Source: Aureitalea marina (GTDB taxonomy: Bacteria; Bacteroidota; Bacteroidia; Flavobacteriales; Flavobacteriaceae). From it: a DNA stretch of 64,000 bases. The notes beneath the pieces are model-generated. The model worked only from the letters and a program-made list of their open reading frames with translations. It was not told the DNA's origin and did no database searches. The stretch covers positions 2,767,653 to 2,831,652 of the forward strand of contig NZ_MQUB01000001.1 in NCBI RefSeq assembly GCF_002943755.1, written 5' to 3'. The position numbers and the translations under genes were made by a program. Positions 40,218 through 50,218 of the stretch are shown here, piece after piece (within the stretch, counting starts at the first letter, position 1; each line of letters begins with the position of its first letter).

Positions 40218-41531
40218 TTGGATAGCGAACCTCCGGATTTATTACTACAGGCTGTACTTACTCCTACCGACATAGGCAGTATGGTCGTTTTGATCTGTCT
40301 GCTCTTCTGCTCGGCCCTGATATCTGGGGCTGAGGTTGCATTTTTCTCTCTGTCAGCCAGTGATTTTAGTCAGGAAGGCGATGAAGAGGACAATCGTAAG
40401 ATGGACTTGGTCCGCCGCTTATTGGCCGACCCCAAGAAATTATTGGCAACCATATTGGTGGCTAATAATTTGATCAATATTGCGATAGTACTGCTTTTTG
40501 CATCATTAGGTGATGTGTTCTTTGACGGGATATCCAATCCCAAGTTCCGATTCTTCCTGGAGGTGGTTGTTGCCACTTTCTTGATCTTGATGTTTGGGGA
40601 AATCTTGCCTAAGATCTATGCTAGCAGGAACAAGGTTTCTTTTAGCACCAGAATGGCGATCCCGCTCAGATTCCTCGAGCGGCTTTTTAGTCCGATCACA
40701 GGCCCGATGAAGGCAACTACCATATTTATCGAGAAACGATTTGCCAACAGGAGCATAGGTATATCAGTCGATCAGTTGTCCCAGGCCTTGGAATTGACCT
40801 CTGACGATGACACCACCAGGGAAGAACAAAAGATCCTGCAGGGGATTGTCTCTTTTGGGAATACAGATGTTAAGAATGTGATGCAGCCCCGTATGGATAT
40901 TTTTGCCCTGAACGAGGAATCCAGTTTTAAGGAGATCCTCCCAGAACTTATTCAGAACGGTTATTCGCGTATTCCTGTGTATCGTGAAAGCATGGATACG
41001 ATAGTTGGCATTCTTTACATCAAGGATCTGATGCCTCATTTGGATAAGGACAGTTTAAAATGGACCGATCTCATGCGGGAACCCTATTTTGTCCCGGAGA
41101 ACAAGAAGCTGGATGATCTGCTGAACGAGTTCAAGGAGATGAAGATGCACCTGGCGATCGTGGTAGATGAATACGGAGGCACAAGTGGCTTGATTTCTTT
41201 GGAGGATATAATCGAGGAGATCGTTGGGGAGATCTCTGACGAGTTTGACGATGACGACCTGGTCTTTACCAAGATCGATGATCATACCTATGTCTTCGAA
41301 GGTAAAACGGCCTTGAAGGATGTGTATCGGGTTATCCGCATGGACGATACCGAACTTTTTGAAAATGTAAGAGGAGATTCCGAAACCCTAGCGGGTTTTG
41401 TGCTGGAGATCTCTCAGGGGTTCCCCAGGAAAGGAGAGGTAATAAAATTCCATCATTATTCGTTTACCATTGAAGCCTTCGAAAACAGGCGAATCCAACA
41501 GATCAAACTGAGTATCGATGAACAGGGTTAG
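40218..41531 (+). CDS. gldE: Gliding-motility-associated protein GldE (CNNM/CorC-HlyC family: DUF21 TM domain + tandem CBS + CorC_HlyC)
   Basis: Domain order plus the conserved mutY-ssb-gldE-gldD neighbourhood described for Flavobacterium johnsoniae. The true start may be the Met at 40281. Confidence 0.7.
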   Translation: MDSEPPDLLLQAVLTPTDIGSMVVLICLLFCSALISGAEVAFFSLSASDFSQEGDEEDNRKMDLVRRLLADPKKLLATILVANNLINIAIVLLFASLGDVFFDGISNPKFRFFLEVVVATFLILMFGEILPKIYASRNKVSFSTRMAIPLRFLERLFSPITGPMKATTIFIEKRFANRSIGISVDQLSQALELTSDDDTTREEQKILQGIVSFGNTDVKNVMQPRMDIFALNEESSFKEILPELIQNGYSRIPVYRESMDTIVGILYIKDLMPHLDKDSLKWTDLMREPYFVPENKKLDDLLNEFKEMKMHLAIVVDEYGGTSGLISLEDIIEEIVGEISDEFDDDDLVFTKIDDHTYVFEGKTALKDVYRVIRMDDTELFENVRGDSETLAGFVLEISQGFPRKGEVIKFHHYSFTIEAFENRRIQQIKLSIDEQG

Positions 41532-42075
41532 TCCTTTGGTCGTTTTGGCCATACTATTTTTTGCGTCCTGCGGTGATGAGGTTCTTGTGAAACCGGCGGC
41601 CCAATTGCGACTGGATTATCCGGAGCCGGTTTATCGGGAGACACAAAGCGATTGTCCGTATACCTTTGATAAAAATGAGGCCGCCTCACTGAGTCTGGAC
41701 GATAATTGTAATATAAACGTGATCTATCCGGCTATGAGAGCCACGGTCTACCTGACCTATATCCCAATTGAGGACAACAAGCTGGAAGGTCTGTTGTCGG
41801 ACGCCCAGAAACTGACCTATGACCATACAATCAAGGCTAACGAGATCCTGGAACAACCCCGTGTGGATCCCGAGGCTAAGGTCTATGGAATGTACTATAT
41901 GATCAATGGTGATGCCGCCACTCAATCACAGTTCTATGTGACAGATAGCCTAAACCATTTTTTAACCGGCTCACTCTATTTTGATGCCAAACCAAACTTC
42001 GATTCTATCTATCCGGCAGTGGTATACCTTCGGGAGGATATACGTAAGATCATGGAAACCATACGGTGGGAATAG
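41518..42075 (+). CDS. gldD: Gliding motility lipoprotein GldD
   Basis: 185-aa lipoprotein (LFFASCGDE) directly after gldE, overlapping it by 14 nt. Size and context match GldD. Confidence 0.65.
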   Translation: MNRVSPLVVLAILFFASCGDEVLVKPAAQLRLDYPEPVYRETQSDCPYTFDKNEAASLSLDDNCNINVIYPAMRATVYLTYIPIEDNKLEGLLSDAQKLTYDHTIKANEILEQPRVDPEAKVYGMYYMINGDAATQSQFYVTDSLNHFLTGSLYFDAKPNFDSIYPAVVYLREDIRKIMETIRWE

Positions 42076-42193
42076 CCCCTATTCTGTAACCGAAAGCTGT
42101 TATTGATTCTTCTATTTCCCCATTTCTAAAATCTATGCTCCAGTCACTGATTTAAGGGCCGATTTCACGACTTTTGGACCCTAGCTTAGTGGT

Positions 42194-43096
42194 ATGAGTG
42201 GTTCTAAGGCCAAATGGGTTTACCTGGCAATTCTCTCCCTGATCTGGGGAAGTTCTTTCATCCTGATCAAGAAGAGCCTAGTGGGGCTGACCGATTACCA
42301 GGTCGGTTCTCTTCGGATCGTTTTGACCTCACTCTTTCTCTTTAGTATAGGTTTCCGCAGTATACGTGAGATCAAGAGAAAACACTGGAAATGGGTGGCC
42401 ATCTCCGGCTTTGTCAGTTCGTTTTTCCCTCCTTTTCTGTTCGCAACTGCACAAACCCAGATCGGAAGTGGGATTTCCTCCATACTCAACTCCATAGTCC
42501 CTTTGAACACCATAATCTTTGGAGCACTACTCTTTGGGATCGGTGTAACCATAAGGCAGGTTTGGGGAGTCATCATCGGCCTGATCGGAACGATCATGCT
42601 GATCTTGGGCGGGCTTATGGCTGAAAAGGGAGGCCTGGACGCGGCATTTTCCGGTAATACCAATTTTTGGTATAGCGGATTAATTATCATGGCGACCATT
42701 GGCTATGCACTCAATGTCAATATCATTAAGAAGTACCTGAGTTCAATTTCTGCACTAGCCGTGACTACCGGTAATTTCCTCTTTATTTTTCTCCCAGGAT
42801 TGGCAGTACTTTATTGGACGGGTTTTTTTCAAACCATAATGGAAAGCCAGGAAATGCAACGATCTGCCATGTACGTAGTGCTACTCTCCTTGGTGGGTAC
42901 TGCTGTGGCAAAGGTGCTCTTTAATAAGATGGTGCAGATAGCGAGTCCTGTCTTTGCGTCTTCCGTAACCTACACCATGCCGATTGTTGCGGTTGGTTGG
43001 GGAATATTGGATGGCGAACGATTTGGGTTTATCCAGATCGTCGCAGCTGCGATAATTCTCATCGGGGTGTATTTGTCCAATAAAAAGAAATCCTGA
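42194..43096 (+). CDS. EamA-family (DMT superfamily) transporter
   Basis: 10 TM helices with two EamA-like halves. 300 aa. Confidence 0.7.
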   Translation: MSGSKAKWVYLAILSLIWGSSFILIKKSLVGLTDYQVGSLRIVLTSLFLFSIGFRSIREIKRKHWKWVAISGFVSSFFPPFLFATAQTQIGSGISSILNSIVPLNTIIFGALLFGIGVTIRQVWGVIIGLIGTIMLILGGLMAEKGGLDAAFSGNTNFWYSGLIIMATIGYALNVNIIKKYLSSISALAVTTGNFLFIFLPGLAVLYWTGFFQTIMESQEMQRSAMYVVLLSLVGTAVAKVLFNKMVQIASPVFASSVTYTMPIVAVGWGILDGERFGFIQIVAAAIILIGVYLSNKKKS

Positions 43097-43169
43097 ACGA
43101 ATATTCTTATGTAATTCAGGGGGTTACCGTTTTTTTTCCGAAATTGATGGGAATCATAACCCTTGAGTC

Positions 43170-43607
43170 ATGAAGAAGTATTATATGAAATACGGTTTGG
43201 GAATTGCCGGTGCGTTGATAGCATTCTTCCTGCTGACCAAATTAGTGGGTCTTCATCAGTACCCTATTTTAAGTGCGTTTAATGGTTTGATTTTCGGCGC
43301 AGGCATCTTTTTTGCCTTGAAGGATTATAAGGCTTCTTCAGACAGCTTTAAGTACCAGGACGGATTCCAGGTAGGACTATTTGTTGGAGCTCTGGCTACG
43401 GCGATATTTACTGCGTTCATGGCCATCTATATCCATCAGATCGACACTGAATTTGCAAAGGCTATCTTGGACTCTTGGGGCTTGAATTTTAATAAGGGAG
43501 CTTTGATTGTGATCTTGTCCTTATTCATCATGGGGCTTTCCACCACATTTGTACTCACATTGGCATTTATGCAATTGCTAAAGGAGTCCTGGAATCAGAG
43601 GGCTTAG
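43170..43607 (+). CDS. Small membrane protein (DUF4199-like, 4 TM)
   Basis: Hydropathy only. Confidence 0.4.
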   Translation: MKKYYMKYGLGIAGALIAFFLLTKLVGLHQYPILSAFNGLIFGAGIFFALKDYKASSDSFKYQDGFQVGLFVGALATAIFTAFMAIYIHQIDTEFAKAILDSWGLNFNKGALIVILSLFIMGLSTTFVLTLAFMQLLKESWNQRA

Positions 43608-43627
43608 TCCTTTCTTGGTCCAACCTA

Positions 43628-43657
43628 TTGCCTTATCGTAAAATAGCCTTATATTTG
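43628..43657 (+). promoter_or_regulatory. Candidate Bacteroidota promoter for rplU-rpmA (-33 TTG at 43628-43630, 19-nt spacer, -7 TATATTTG at 43650-43657), followed by a CCCGC-AAAA-GCGGG leader hairpin
   Basis: Motif and spacing fit the TTG / TAnnTTTG consensus. The hairpin at 43661-43674 may be an r-protein leader element. Confidence 0.4.
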
Positions 43658-43717
43658 CACCCGCAAAAGCGGGGCAGTTCAGCTGTCTCAAATAAATAAA
43701 AAGTTAATCAGTACGCT

Positions 43718-44254
43718 ATGTATGCAATTGTAGAGATAGCAGGGCAGCAATTCAAAGTTGCAAAAGACCAAAAGGTCTTTGTTAACCGTTTGCCTGTTGA
43801 GGAAGGGAAGAAAGTGTCTTTCGACAATGTCCTTCTGATCGGTGACGGTGACAAAGTTACTATTGGCGCCCCGGCTATAAGCGGCGCTCAAGTTGGAGCA
43901 AAAGTCGTGAAGCACCTAAAAGGTGACAAAGTGATCGTTTTCAAGAAGAAACGAAGAAAAGGTTACAGAGTAAAGAACGGACATCGTCAGTCTTTGTCTC
44001 AATTGGTTATCGAGAACATCGTAGCCAGTGGAGCTAAGCCAGCCAAAGCAGCCAAGGCAGAGAAGCCAGCAGCCAAAGCTGAGCCAAAAAAGGAGCAACC
44101 AGCCAAAGCGGCTACGGAAGCACCAAAGGCAGATGCCAGTCAGGACCTGTCTAAAATGACAGTAGCTCAATTAAAAGAACTAGCAAAAGCTAAAGGAATC
44201 ACAGGAATTTCTTCCATGAAGAAAGCAGACCTGATCGAAGCCCTTAGCAAGTAA
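43718..44254 (+). CDS. rplU: 50S ribosomal protein L21 with a ~75-aa C-terminal extension (Lys/Ala/Pro-rich linker + Rho-N/SAP-like helix-hairpin)
   Basis: The first 105 aa are canonical bL21 (MYAIVEIAGQQFKV...). Then comes AKPAKAAKAEKPAAKAEPKK... and finally MTVAQLKELAKAKGITGISSMKKADLIEALSK. Confidence 0.85.
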   Translation: MYAIVEIAGQQFKVAKDQKVFVNRLPVEEGKKVSFDNVLLIGDGDKVTIGAPAISGAQVGAKVVKHLKGDKVIVFKKKRRKGYRVKNGHRQSLSQLVIENIVASGAKPAKAAKAEKPAAKAEPKKEQPAKAATEAPKADASQDLSKMTVAQLKELAKAKGITGISSMKKADLIEALSK

Positions 44255-44272
44255 TCATAAAACCGATACAAA

Positions 44273-44536
44273 ATGGCTCATAAAAAAGGAGTAGGTAGTT
44301 CCAAGAACGGTCGGGAGTCGGAATCGAAACGCTTAGGTGTTAAGATCTTCGGAGGACAAGCGGCCATCGCTGGAAACATCATCGTCAGACAACGCGGGAC
44401 TAAACACAATCCCGGAGAGAACGTATATGCCGGTAAGGACCACACCCTGCACGCCAAGGTGGACGGTACGGTAAAATTCGAGAAGAAGCGCAACGGAAAG
44501 TCTTATGTTTCCATAGTGCCAAGCGCACAGGCTTAG
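44273..44536 (+). CDS. rpmA: 50S ribosomal protein L27
   Basis: [24 protein letters not shown]... canonical bL27. Confidence 0.95.
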   Translation: MAHKKGVGSSKNGRESESKRLGVKIFGGQAAIAGNIIVRQRGTKHNPGENVYAGKDHTLHAKVDGTVKFEKKRNGKSYVSIVPSAQA

Positions 44537-44560
44537 TTTCTCGAAGAACAGAACGAAATG

Positions 44561-44591
44561 ATCCCTCCGGTTTTCCGGGGGGATTTTTTTG
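44561..44591 (+). terminator. Rho-independent terminator after rpmA (ATCCCTCCGG-TTTT-CCGGGGGGAT followed by T7)
   Basis: Hairpin and U-tract seen in the sequence. Confidence 0.65.
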
Positions 44592-44650
44592 TCCTCATCT
44601 GAGAGTAAACATTCGTTCCAGTCAAAGGGTTAATAGGTTGATAACTAGCA

Positions 44651-45160
44651 CTATCGTTGATAGGCTCCTGAGGAATAGGTCAATTCGTAGCTATGCGAAT
44701 AGATCTCGAAGACCACTCCGAAGGGATCCTCTACATAGACCATTCGGTAGGGTTTCTCGCCCGGATAGTAAGTACGTATCGGCATGCGTTGTTTGCCGCC
44801 ATATTCCACGATCTTATTGGTAAGGCCTTCGATGTCGGGATCCTGAACACAGAAGTGAAAAAGTCCTGTACGGAAAGGATTGAAATCTGGTTTGATATCT
44901 TCTGTTGAAGGGAAAGAAAATAGTTCGATTCCCACCCCGTCGGAAGTAGCCATATGGGCTATTTCAAAATTTTCCCAATCTTCTCCAAAGACATCAATGC
45001 ACATCTGGCCAATCGCTGTTTCTCTTTCCTTGACAACCGTAGATGGCGGCATGATCATGTACCACCCCATTACTTCTTGATAAAAGGCCACGGCCTTATG
45101 TATGTCTGGCACTGTAATCCCTATATGAGAGAACGACCTTGGGTAATTTGATTTTTTCAT
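44651..45160 (-). CDS. VOC-family (glyoxalase/bleomycin-resistance/extradiol-dioxygenase fold) protein
   Basis: 169 aa. FSHIGITVPDIHKAVAFY beta-alpha-beta-beta-beta N-terminal module. Confidence 0.65.
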   Translation of the reverse strand: MKKSNYPRSFSHIGITVPDIHKAVAFYQEVMGWYMIMPPSTVVKERETAIGQMCIDVFGEDWENFEIAHMATSDGVGIELFSFPSTEDIKPDFNPFRTGLFHFCVQDPDIEGLTNKIVEYGGKQRMPIRTYYPGEKPYRMVYVEDPFGVVFEIYSHSYELTYSSGAYQR

Positions 45161-45184
45161 AGCGGATTTATTAGATCTGACTAT

Positions 45185-46237
45185 TTAATTTTTCTGATAT
45201 AATTTAAAGAACCAATGCATTTGATTGATCACTTGTATGCGTTGAGGATCTTTTTCGATAAGCAGTTCATGTTGGGCGTTTGCGATTCGGTAACCGTAGC
45301 AGATCTTGTCTAACTCCCTAGCCTCTTCAATGAATTCCTGATGAGCTTTTTCACGAACGATCTGCTCGTTAGCAGCTGAAAATATGAGGAAGGGTGTTTC
45401 GATCTTGCCGATGTTATCATTCATATAGTCAAATTGCTCGCAAGATTCCTTTACCCAGTGATAGGAAGTGCCTCCTAACCTGGCCTTGGGTTCGATAGTA
45501 AAGGCCTCTACCATTCGATTGTATCTAATTTCTGATCCGGTAAGCTTATTCTTTTTAAAAGCTGTCTGTGGTTCCTGATATGGGCCTTGTCCCAAGGCGT
45601 ATTTTGGCTCTTTGCCTATCAAAAGGTTAGTGCCACCACAAGCGCCGGTTGGCAATCCAAGCATAGGAGACGAGAAGGCTGCCGCCTGAAAATCCGAGGG
45701 AAACTGCTGCAGATAGGTCATGCCAATGGCCCCGCCCATGGAGTGTGCGATCAGGAAAACAGCGCTGTGCCTGGAAGGTTGGATTTCTGCCTGGTAAAAC
45801 TGACGCATATCTTCAATATAATCCTGAAAATCGGCTACATATCCCATGTCAGGATCATCCAGCATGCGTCCGGATAGCCCTTGTCCCCTGTGGTCATGAA
45901 TATAGACGGAATAGCCTAAACGATAGAGGTCAAAGATCAATTCCTTGTATTTGATGGCTGCCTCGGTTCGGCCAGCGGATATCAGGATGGCAGGGCTGTC
46001 TTTTGTACTTTGCCTGAAGACCTTGTAGTAAATTGAAATATCATCAGCCCCGGAAAAAGTTCCTTCCTCACCCGTTTCGTAGAGCTCTTCTATTTCCATC
46101 TGTCGTTCTGCAGTTACAAGTTCGGACTCGGTGGTTAACCCAAGGGTGTTGCTAGCCGGTGGTGCAGATGGTAGCTTGACCGCGCAAGCGGACATCAGGC
46201 TGCAACTAACCAGCAGGATCCAAAGATTTCTTCTCAT
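45185..46237 (-). CDS. Lipoprotein alpha/beta hydrolase (lysophospholipase/monoacylglycerol-lipase-like)
   Basis: Lipobox LMSACAV. Nucleophile elbow HSMGG. 350 aa. Confidence 0.6.
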   Translation of the reverse strand: MRRNLWILLVSCSLMSACAVKLPSAPPASNTLGLTTESELVTAERQMEIEELYETGEEGTFSGADDISIYYKVFRQSTKDSPAILISAGRTEAAIKYKELIFDLYRLGYSVYIHDHRGQGLSGRMLDDPDMGYVADFQDYIEDMRQFYQAEIQPSRHSAVFLIAHSMGGAIGMTYLQQFPSDFQAAAFSSPMLGLPTGACGGTNLLIGKEPKYALGQGPYQEPQTAFKKNKLTGSEIRYNRMVEAFTIEPKARLGGTSYHWVKESCEQFDYMNDNIGKIETPFLIFSAANEQIVREKAHQEFIEEARELDKICYGYRIANAQHELLIEKDPQRIQVINQMHWFFKLYQKN

Positions 46238-46323
46238 ATTTCGGAACGATGGTTAAAAGAGAAACCGGATTAAATAGCCCGTTGGTCTCCTTTAAGTGCT
46301 AATCCCAAATAAGATACAAAACT

Positions 46324-46746
46324 TTATCGTCCTATTTGGTGGGTTATTGTCAAGCGATTCATAATGTCATCTGTCAGAACCTGCCTGTCTTGTTCAAGCC
46401 TCAAACGAAGCTGTTTATCGGTGTCATTGTCTGCGGTATGTTTTGAACCCCACGTATACAGCTCAATTAAAGCGGGAACCAATTCTAAGCCTTTTTTGGT
46501 CAAAGAGTATCTAATTGCCGATGCATTGGTCGGGTCTTCCTCTTTCTGAATGATGTCGTTCTCTATTAGCCGATTTAATCGATCTGAAAGAATATTGGTG
46601 GCAATGCCTTCCTTGCGGATGAATTCCCGGAAATTTCTTGCGTCCTCGAATATAAAGTCCCGCAGAATAAGTAGTGTCCACCTGTCTCCAACGATGTTTA
46701 GGGATAAGTGAAGGGGGCAGTTAGATCGTCGAGAAGGCTTACTCAT
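46324..46746 (-). CDS. HxlR-type winged-helix transcriptional regulator
   Basis: CPLHLSLNIVGDRWTLLILRDF... canonical HxlR/MarR-like N-terminal helix. Confidence 0.8.
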   Translation of the reverse strand: MSKPSRRSNCPLHLSLNIVGDRWTLLILRDFIFEDARNFREFIRKEGIATNILSDRLNRLIENDIIQKEEDPTNASAIRYSLTKKGLELVPALIELYTWGSKHTADNDTDKQLRLRLEQDRQVLTDDIMNRLTITHQIGR

Positions 46747-46751
46747 ATTGT

Positions 46752-46792
46752 AAAATAAAAAAAGTACTTGTAAAATGCAAGTGCTTTTTTTA
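46752..46792. terminator. Bidirectional terminator hairpin (AGTACTTG-TAAAATG-CAAGTGCT, flanked by an A-run and a T-run) between the SDR gene and the HxlR gene
   Basis: 8-bp stem (one G.U pair) with A11 upstream and T7 downstream. Confidence 0.45.
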
Positions 46793-46812
46793 AGAAATCG
46801 AGATACTAAAGC

Positions 46813-47688
46813 TTAATTCACTTTCAGATCGAGCATATCACCCATACCAAAAGCTTCAAAAACACCTCGGTGAATTTGTTCTAGTTGTTGGTTATAGGGC
46901 GTGATATGATCGCCCATGCCCATCTTGTCCACCACAGTTCTCATGGGTCGTTGACCCGGTGTTGTTTCGATCACATCGGCAATGGCTAAGGCTACGTTAT
47001 TCGGATCCTGGGCCGGATTTTGTGCCAGAGCACCTTCAAAGTTCTCAAACAACATTTGAGGTGCGTTGACCATTTCTCCATAACCCGCATCCCTGGACTT
47101 ATCGCCTGGGAAGATCAGGTTATTCATAAAGGAGGTGGCATAACCACCCGGTTCTACCAAACAGGAATCCACTCCGAAACCGGAGAGTTCGATCCGATAA
47201 TTCTCAGCCAAGGCTTCCAAAGCCCATTTACTGGCATTGTACGGTCCGTAGAAAGGAAGCGCCATTCTTCCCAGGATGCTGGAAACATGTAATAGTAGAC
47301 CTGAACCTTGTTTCCTCAAATGAGGCAAGGCAGCCCGGTTGACTCGTTGAACTCCAAATACATTGATATCGAAAAGTCGCTGAAAATTCTCAATGGTAAA
47401 ACTCTCCTGTATCCCTAAGACACCAACGCCCGCATTATTAACTATCACATCCAATCCTCCCATCAATTCTACAGCCTTATTTACAGCAGAGTTGACATTC
47501 TCATCGTCCGTCACGTCCATTTCGACCACATGAGCTCCCAGGGCTTCCAATCGAGAAGCTGACTCCTTGTTTCGGTCTGCGACATTTCGCATGGTAGCAA
47601 CCACCTGGTGGCCTCTTTTTAGTAGTTCTTCCACTGCCAGGGCTCCGAATCCTCCACTGGATCCGGTGATCAATACTTTCTGTTTCAT
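46813..47688 (-). CDS. Short-chain dehydrogenase/reductase (SDR) family oxidoreductase
   Basis: TGSSGGFG Rossmann motif. YxxxK active site (YNASK). Confidence 0.85.
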   Translation of the reverse strand: MKQKVLITGSSGGFGALAVEELLKRGHQVVATMRNVADRNKESASRLEALGAHVVEMDVTDDENVNSAVNKAVELMGGLDVIVNNAGVGVLGIQESFTIENFQRLFDINVFGVQRVNRAALPHLRKQGSGLLLHVSSILGRMALPFYGPYNASKWALEALAENYRIELSGFGVDSCLVEPGGYATSFMNNLIFPGDKSRDAGYGEMVNAPQMLFENFEGALAQNPAQDPNNVALAIADVIETTPGQRPMRTVVDKMGMGDHITPYNQQLEQIHRGVFEAFGMGDMLDLKVN

Positions 47689-47736
47689 AGTGCTATTTTT
47701 TTCGATTATCGTTTCTAATTAAAAATGCGCAAATAT

Positions 47737-48867
47737 TTAATCCTTAGCCGGTTTCAAGCTGGGTAAAATTACATCCCTAACTATTGGGAAGGCCAATTGT
47801 CCTTTGGCAGAATTATAGGCCTTACCTGTGAAGACTGCCAGAAGGTCTAACTCTGGAAAGATCATTATATATTGCCCGCCATTACCGGTTGCCGTTACGG
47901 ATCGATAGGCGGCTGTTTCTGTTTTAAATGGGATAAGCCACCAATAATATCCATAATCCATCTGATCGATTCTGGTATGACTACTGGTTGATAATTTGAT
48001 CCATGCTTCGGAAACGATCTGCTGAGATCCCCATTTTCCTTTATCTAAGACAAGCTGCCCCAATTTAGCCATGTCTCTTGGGGTCATATATATTCGCCAG
48101 CCTGCAGAGATCACTTCCTTTTTTTTGGTGTGTCCCCATTGGTAATTGGAAATCCCCATCGGGCCAAAAAGGTGGGTGTCAGCAAATTTATCTATGGTTA
48201 ATCCACTTACTTCCTCAATGACTTTAGCAATTAGTATTGACCCCATTGAACAATAGAACGATTGGGTTCCAGGCTCGTGGATCAGCGGTAAATCCACAGT
48301 ATACTGCAGCCAGTCTTTCTTCTTGTACACCCGATCTTCTTGTCCCAAGGATTTTTGATCCCAGTCGTTACAGTCCAAACCGCTGGACATGGTCAATAGA
48401 TGGGCCAGGGTGATCTCATTCTTTCTGGGGTCTAGATTCTTTTGAGGTAGAGGTTCTTTTAAGTACTTGGAGAGAGGGTCATTTATGTCGTCGATAAGGC
48501 CTTGATCAAGGGCAATACCTACCAGTAAGGAACGAATACTTTTAGTTACAGACCGCAGATCATGTGGGGTACTACGTTGATCAGAGGGGAAATACTCTTC
48601 GAGTATCAGTTTTCCTTTATGTACGATGAGCATGCTGTTGAGCGGGTGATCGGCCGCAGACAATTGATTGACGAGCTGATAGACCCTGGTTGTGTCCATA
48701 TGGTTTAGCCGCATATCGGCCGTTTCCCAGCCATCAGATGTACGAACAGGTGGAGAATATGAATAGCTGTTTTGGGCTGAAGCCCAATGCGAAAGCAGCA
48801 AGAAAAGGGGTAGAATTAAATTCCTCATAAGATTATTCAGAATTGACATTCCGATTGATCTCATCAC
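47737..48867 (-). CDS. Secreted serine hydrolase of the beta-lactamase/transpeptidase-like family. The likely start is the Met at 48828, only 4 nt downstream of the OMF gene stop.
   Basis: Signal peptide, SxxK motif (SVTKSI), and ~370 aa. Overlaps or abuts the upstream TolC-like gene. Confidence 0.7.
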   Translation of the reverse strand: MMRSIGMSILNNLMRNLILPLFLLLSHWASAQNSYSYSPPVRTSDGWETADMRLNHMDTTRVYQLVNQLSAADHPLNSMLIVHKGKLILEEYFPSDQRSTPHDLRSVTKSIRSLLVGIALDQGLIDDINDPLSKYLKEPLPQKNLDPRKNEITLAHLLTMSSGLDCNDWDQKSLGQEDRVYKKKDWLQYTVDLPLIHEPGTQSFYCSMGSILIAKVIEEVSGLTIDKFADTHLFGPMGISNYQWGHTKKKEVISAGWRIYMTPRDMAKLGQLVLDKGKWGSQQIVSEAWIKLSTSSHTRIDQMDYGYYWWLIPFKTETAAYRSVTATGNGGQYIMIFPELDLLAVFTGKAYNSAKGQLAFPIVRDVILPSLKPAKD

Positions 48868-50218
48868 TAGATAGATCCCAACCTCCGCCCAGGGCTAGGT
48901 ATAGATTGACTGTGCTACTCAGTTTAAGTTGCATGGCTTCCGATGCACTGAGCATGGAGTTAAAGGAAGAGCGCTGTAGGTCCAGGATCTCCAGGTAACT
49001 GGTGACACCATTTTCATAACGTACCCAGGACAGCTCGAGGGCCCTATTAGCGGATTCCATTTGAGTTCTTCGGGATTCCAATTCCAATTCGTAGGTTTCT
49101 ACAGCTATCAGGGCGTCTTCAACCTCTCGAATGGCATTTAGATAGCTATTCTTATAGTTGGCTAAAAGCTCTTCGCTTCGGGCCAATTCGATCTCGTATC
49201 GCTTTTTATTCTCGCCAGAATTAAACAAGGGCCCAAATAGTTGAGCTCCTAAACTGGCGAATGCCGAACTTGGATCCAGGAAACTGGCTCCCAGGTCCGC
49301 CGTTAAAGTCAGACTTGGATATTGCAGGGCTTCGGTGGCGCCATTGATGTAGTATTGGGCCTGCAAACTACGCTCCGCCACCAGAATATCGGGACGTCTG
49401 TCCAGCAGCTCTGAGGGTAATCCTGCTGGTGGAGAAGGGGGTAATATCTGGTCTTGTAGCAACTCCCCCCTTGGGATGTCAAATGGGGGCGACCCTAACA
49501 GTATACTAATACTATTCTCCGTTTGCTGGCGTAGTCTTCTAAATGTCTGAATCAGTGTTCTAGCCTCTTCCAATTGTATAATTGCCTGATTCACATCAAC
49601 CTCAGAGATCAGTCCTGCCCGGTTTCTTGCGGTAATAATATCCAGGTTATCCTTCCACGATTCGGCGGTGTTCTGAGATATAACCAACCTATTGTCCAGG
49701 TCTCGTAATAAGAAATAAGCATTGGCAACACTACTTATCAAGGTGATAGTGACATTGCGATAAGCCTCTTCAGAAGCCAAGTAGGACTGAAAGGCTGCAT
49801 CGTTCAGATTCCGAAATCTCCCCCAAAGATCAACTTGATAAGATATAGGGACGAACGCAGATACGTTTTCCTGGTTCTGGATTGTAGAAAAGGTATAGCT
49901 ACCTTCCGCACCATAGTTGACACGAGGATTCAGATTGGATCTAACCACTCCCAAGTTTGCTTCGGCTTGCTTAACACGAGCCGCGGCTGCATAAAGGTTG
50001 AGGTTGTTGCACAGGGCCTCTTCAATGAGATAGGTCAACACGCCATCCTGGTATAGCTCCCACCAAGGTATATCTGCGATATTCTCTGATTGCATAGCGG
50101 TATAATTATAAGCCACTGGTGGACTTATGTTTTCCTCACGCTGATATTCCTGGCCCAATCGGCAGCCTGTGAGCAGGATGAAAGAAAAGAGCACAAGTAT
50201 ATTTTTACCTCTATGCAT
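48833..50218 (-). CDS. Efflux outer-membrane factor lipoprotein (TolC/NodT family)
   Basis: Lipobox LLTGC. Two-repeat alpha-barrel/coiled-coil pattern. 461 aa. Confidence 0.8.
   Translation of the reverse strand: MHRGKNILVLFSFILLTGCRLGQEYQREENISPPVAYNYTAMQSENIADIPWWELYQDGVLTYLIEEALCNNLNLYAAAARVKQAEANLGVVRSNLNPRVNYGAEGSYTFSTIQNQENVSAFVPISYQVDLWGRFRNLNDAAFQSYLASEEAYRNVTITLISSVANAYFLLRDLDNRLVISQNTAESWKDNLDIITARNRAGLISEVDVNQAIIQLEEARTLIQTFRRLRQQTENSISILLGSPPFDIPRGELLQDQILPPSPPAGLPSELLDRRPDILVAERSLQAQYYINGATEALQYPSLTLTADLGASFLDPSSAFASLGAQLFGPLFNSGENKKRYEIELARSEELLANYKNSYLNAIREVEDALIAVETYELELESRRTQMESANRALELSWVRYENGVTSYLEILDLQRSSFNSMLSASEAMQLKLSSTVNLYLALGGGWDLSSDEINRNVNSE

Noticed and set aside
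44040-44110. Repetitive AGCCAAAGC(N) DNA
   Set aside because: Encodes the Lys/Ala-rich linker of the extended L21. Coding low complexity, not a repeat array or CRISPR.
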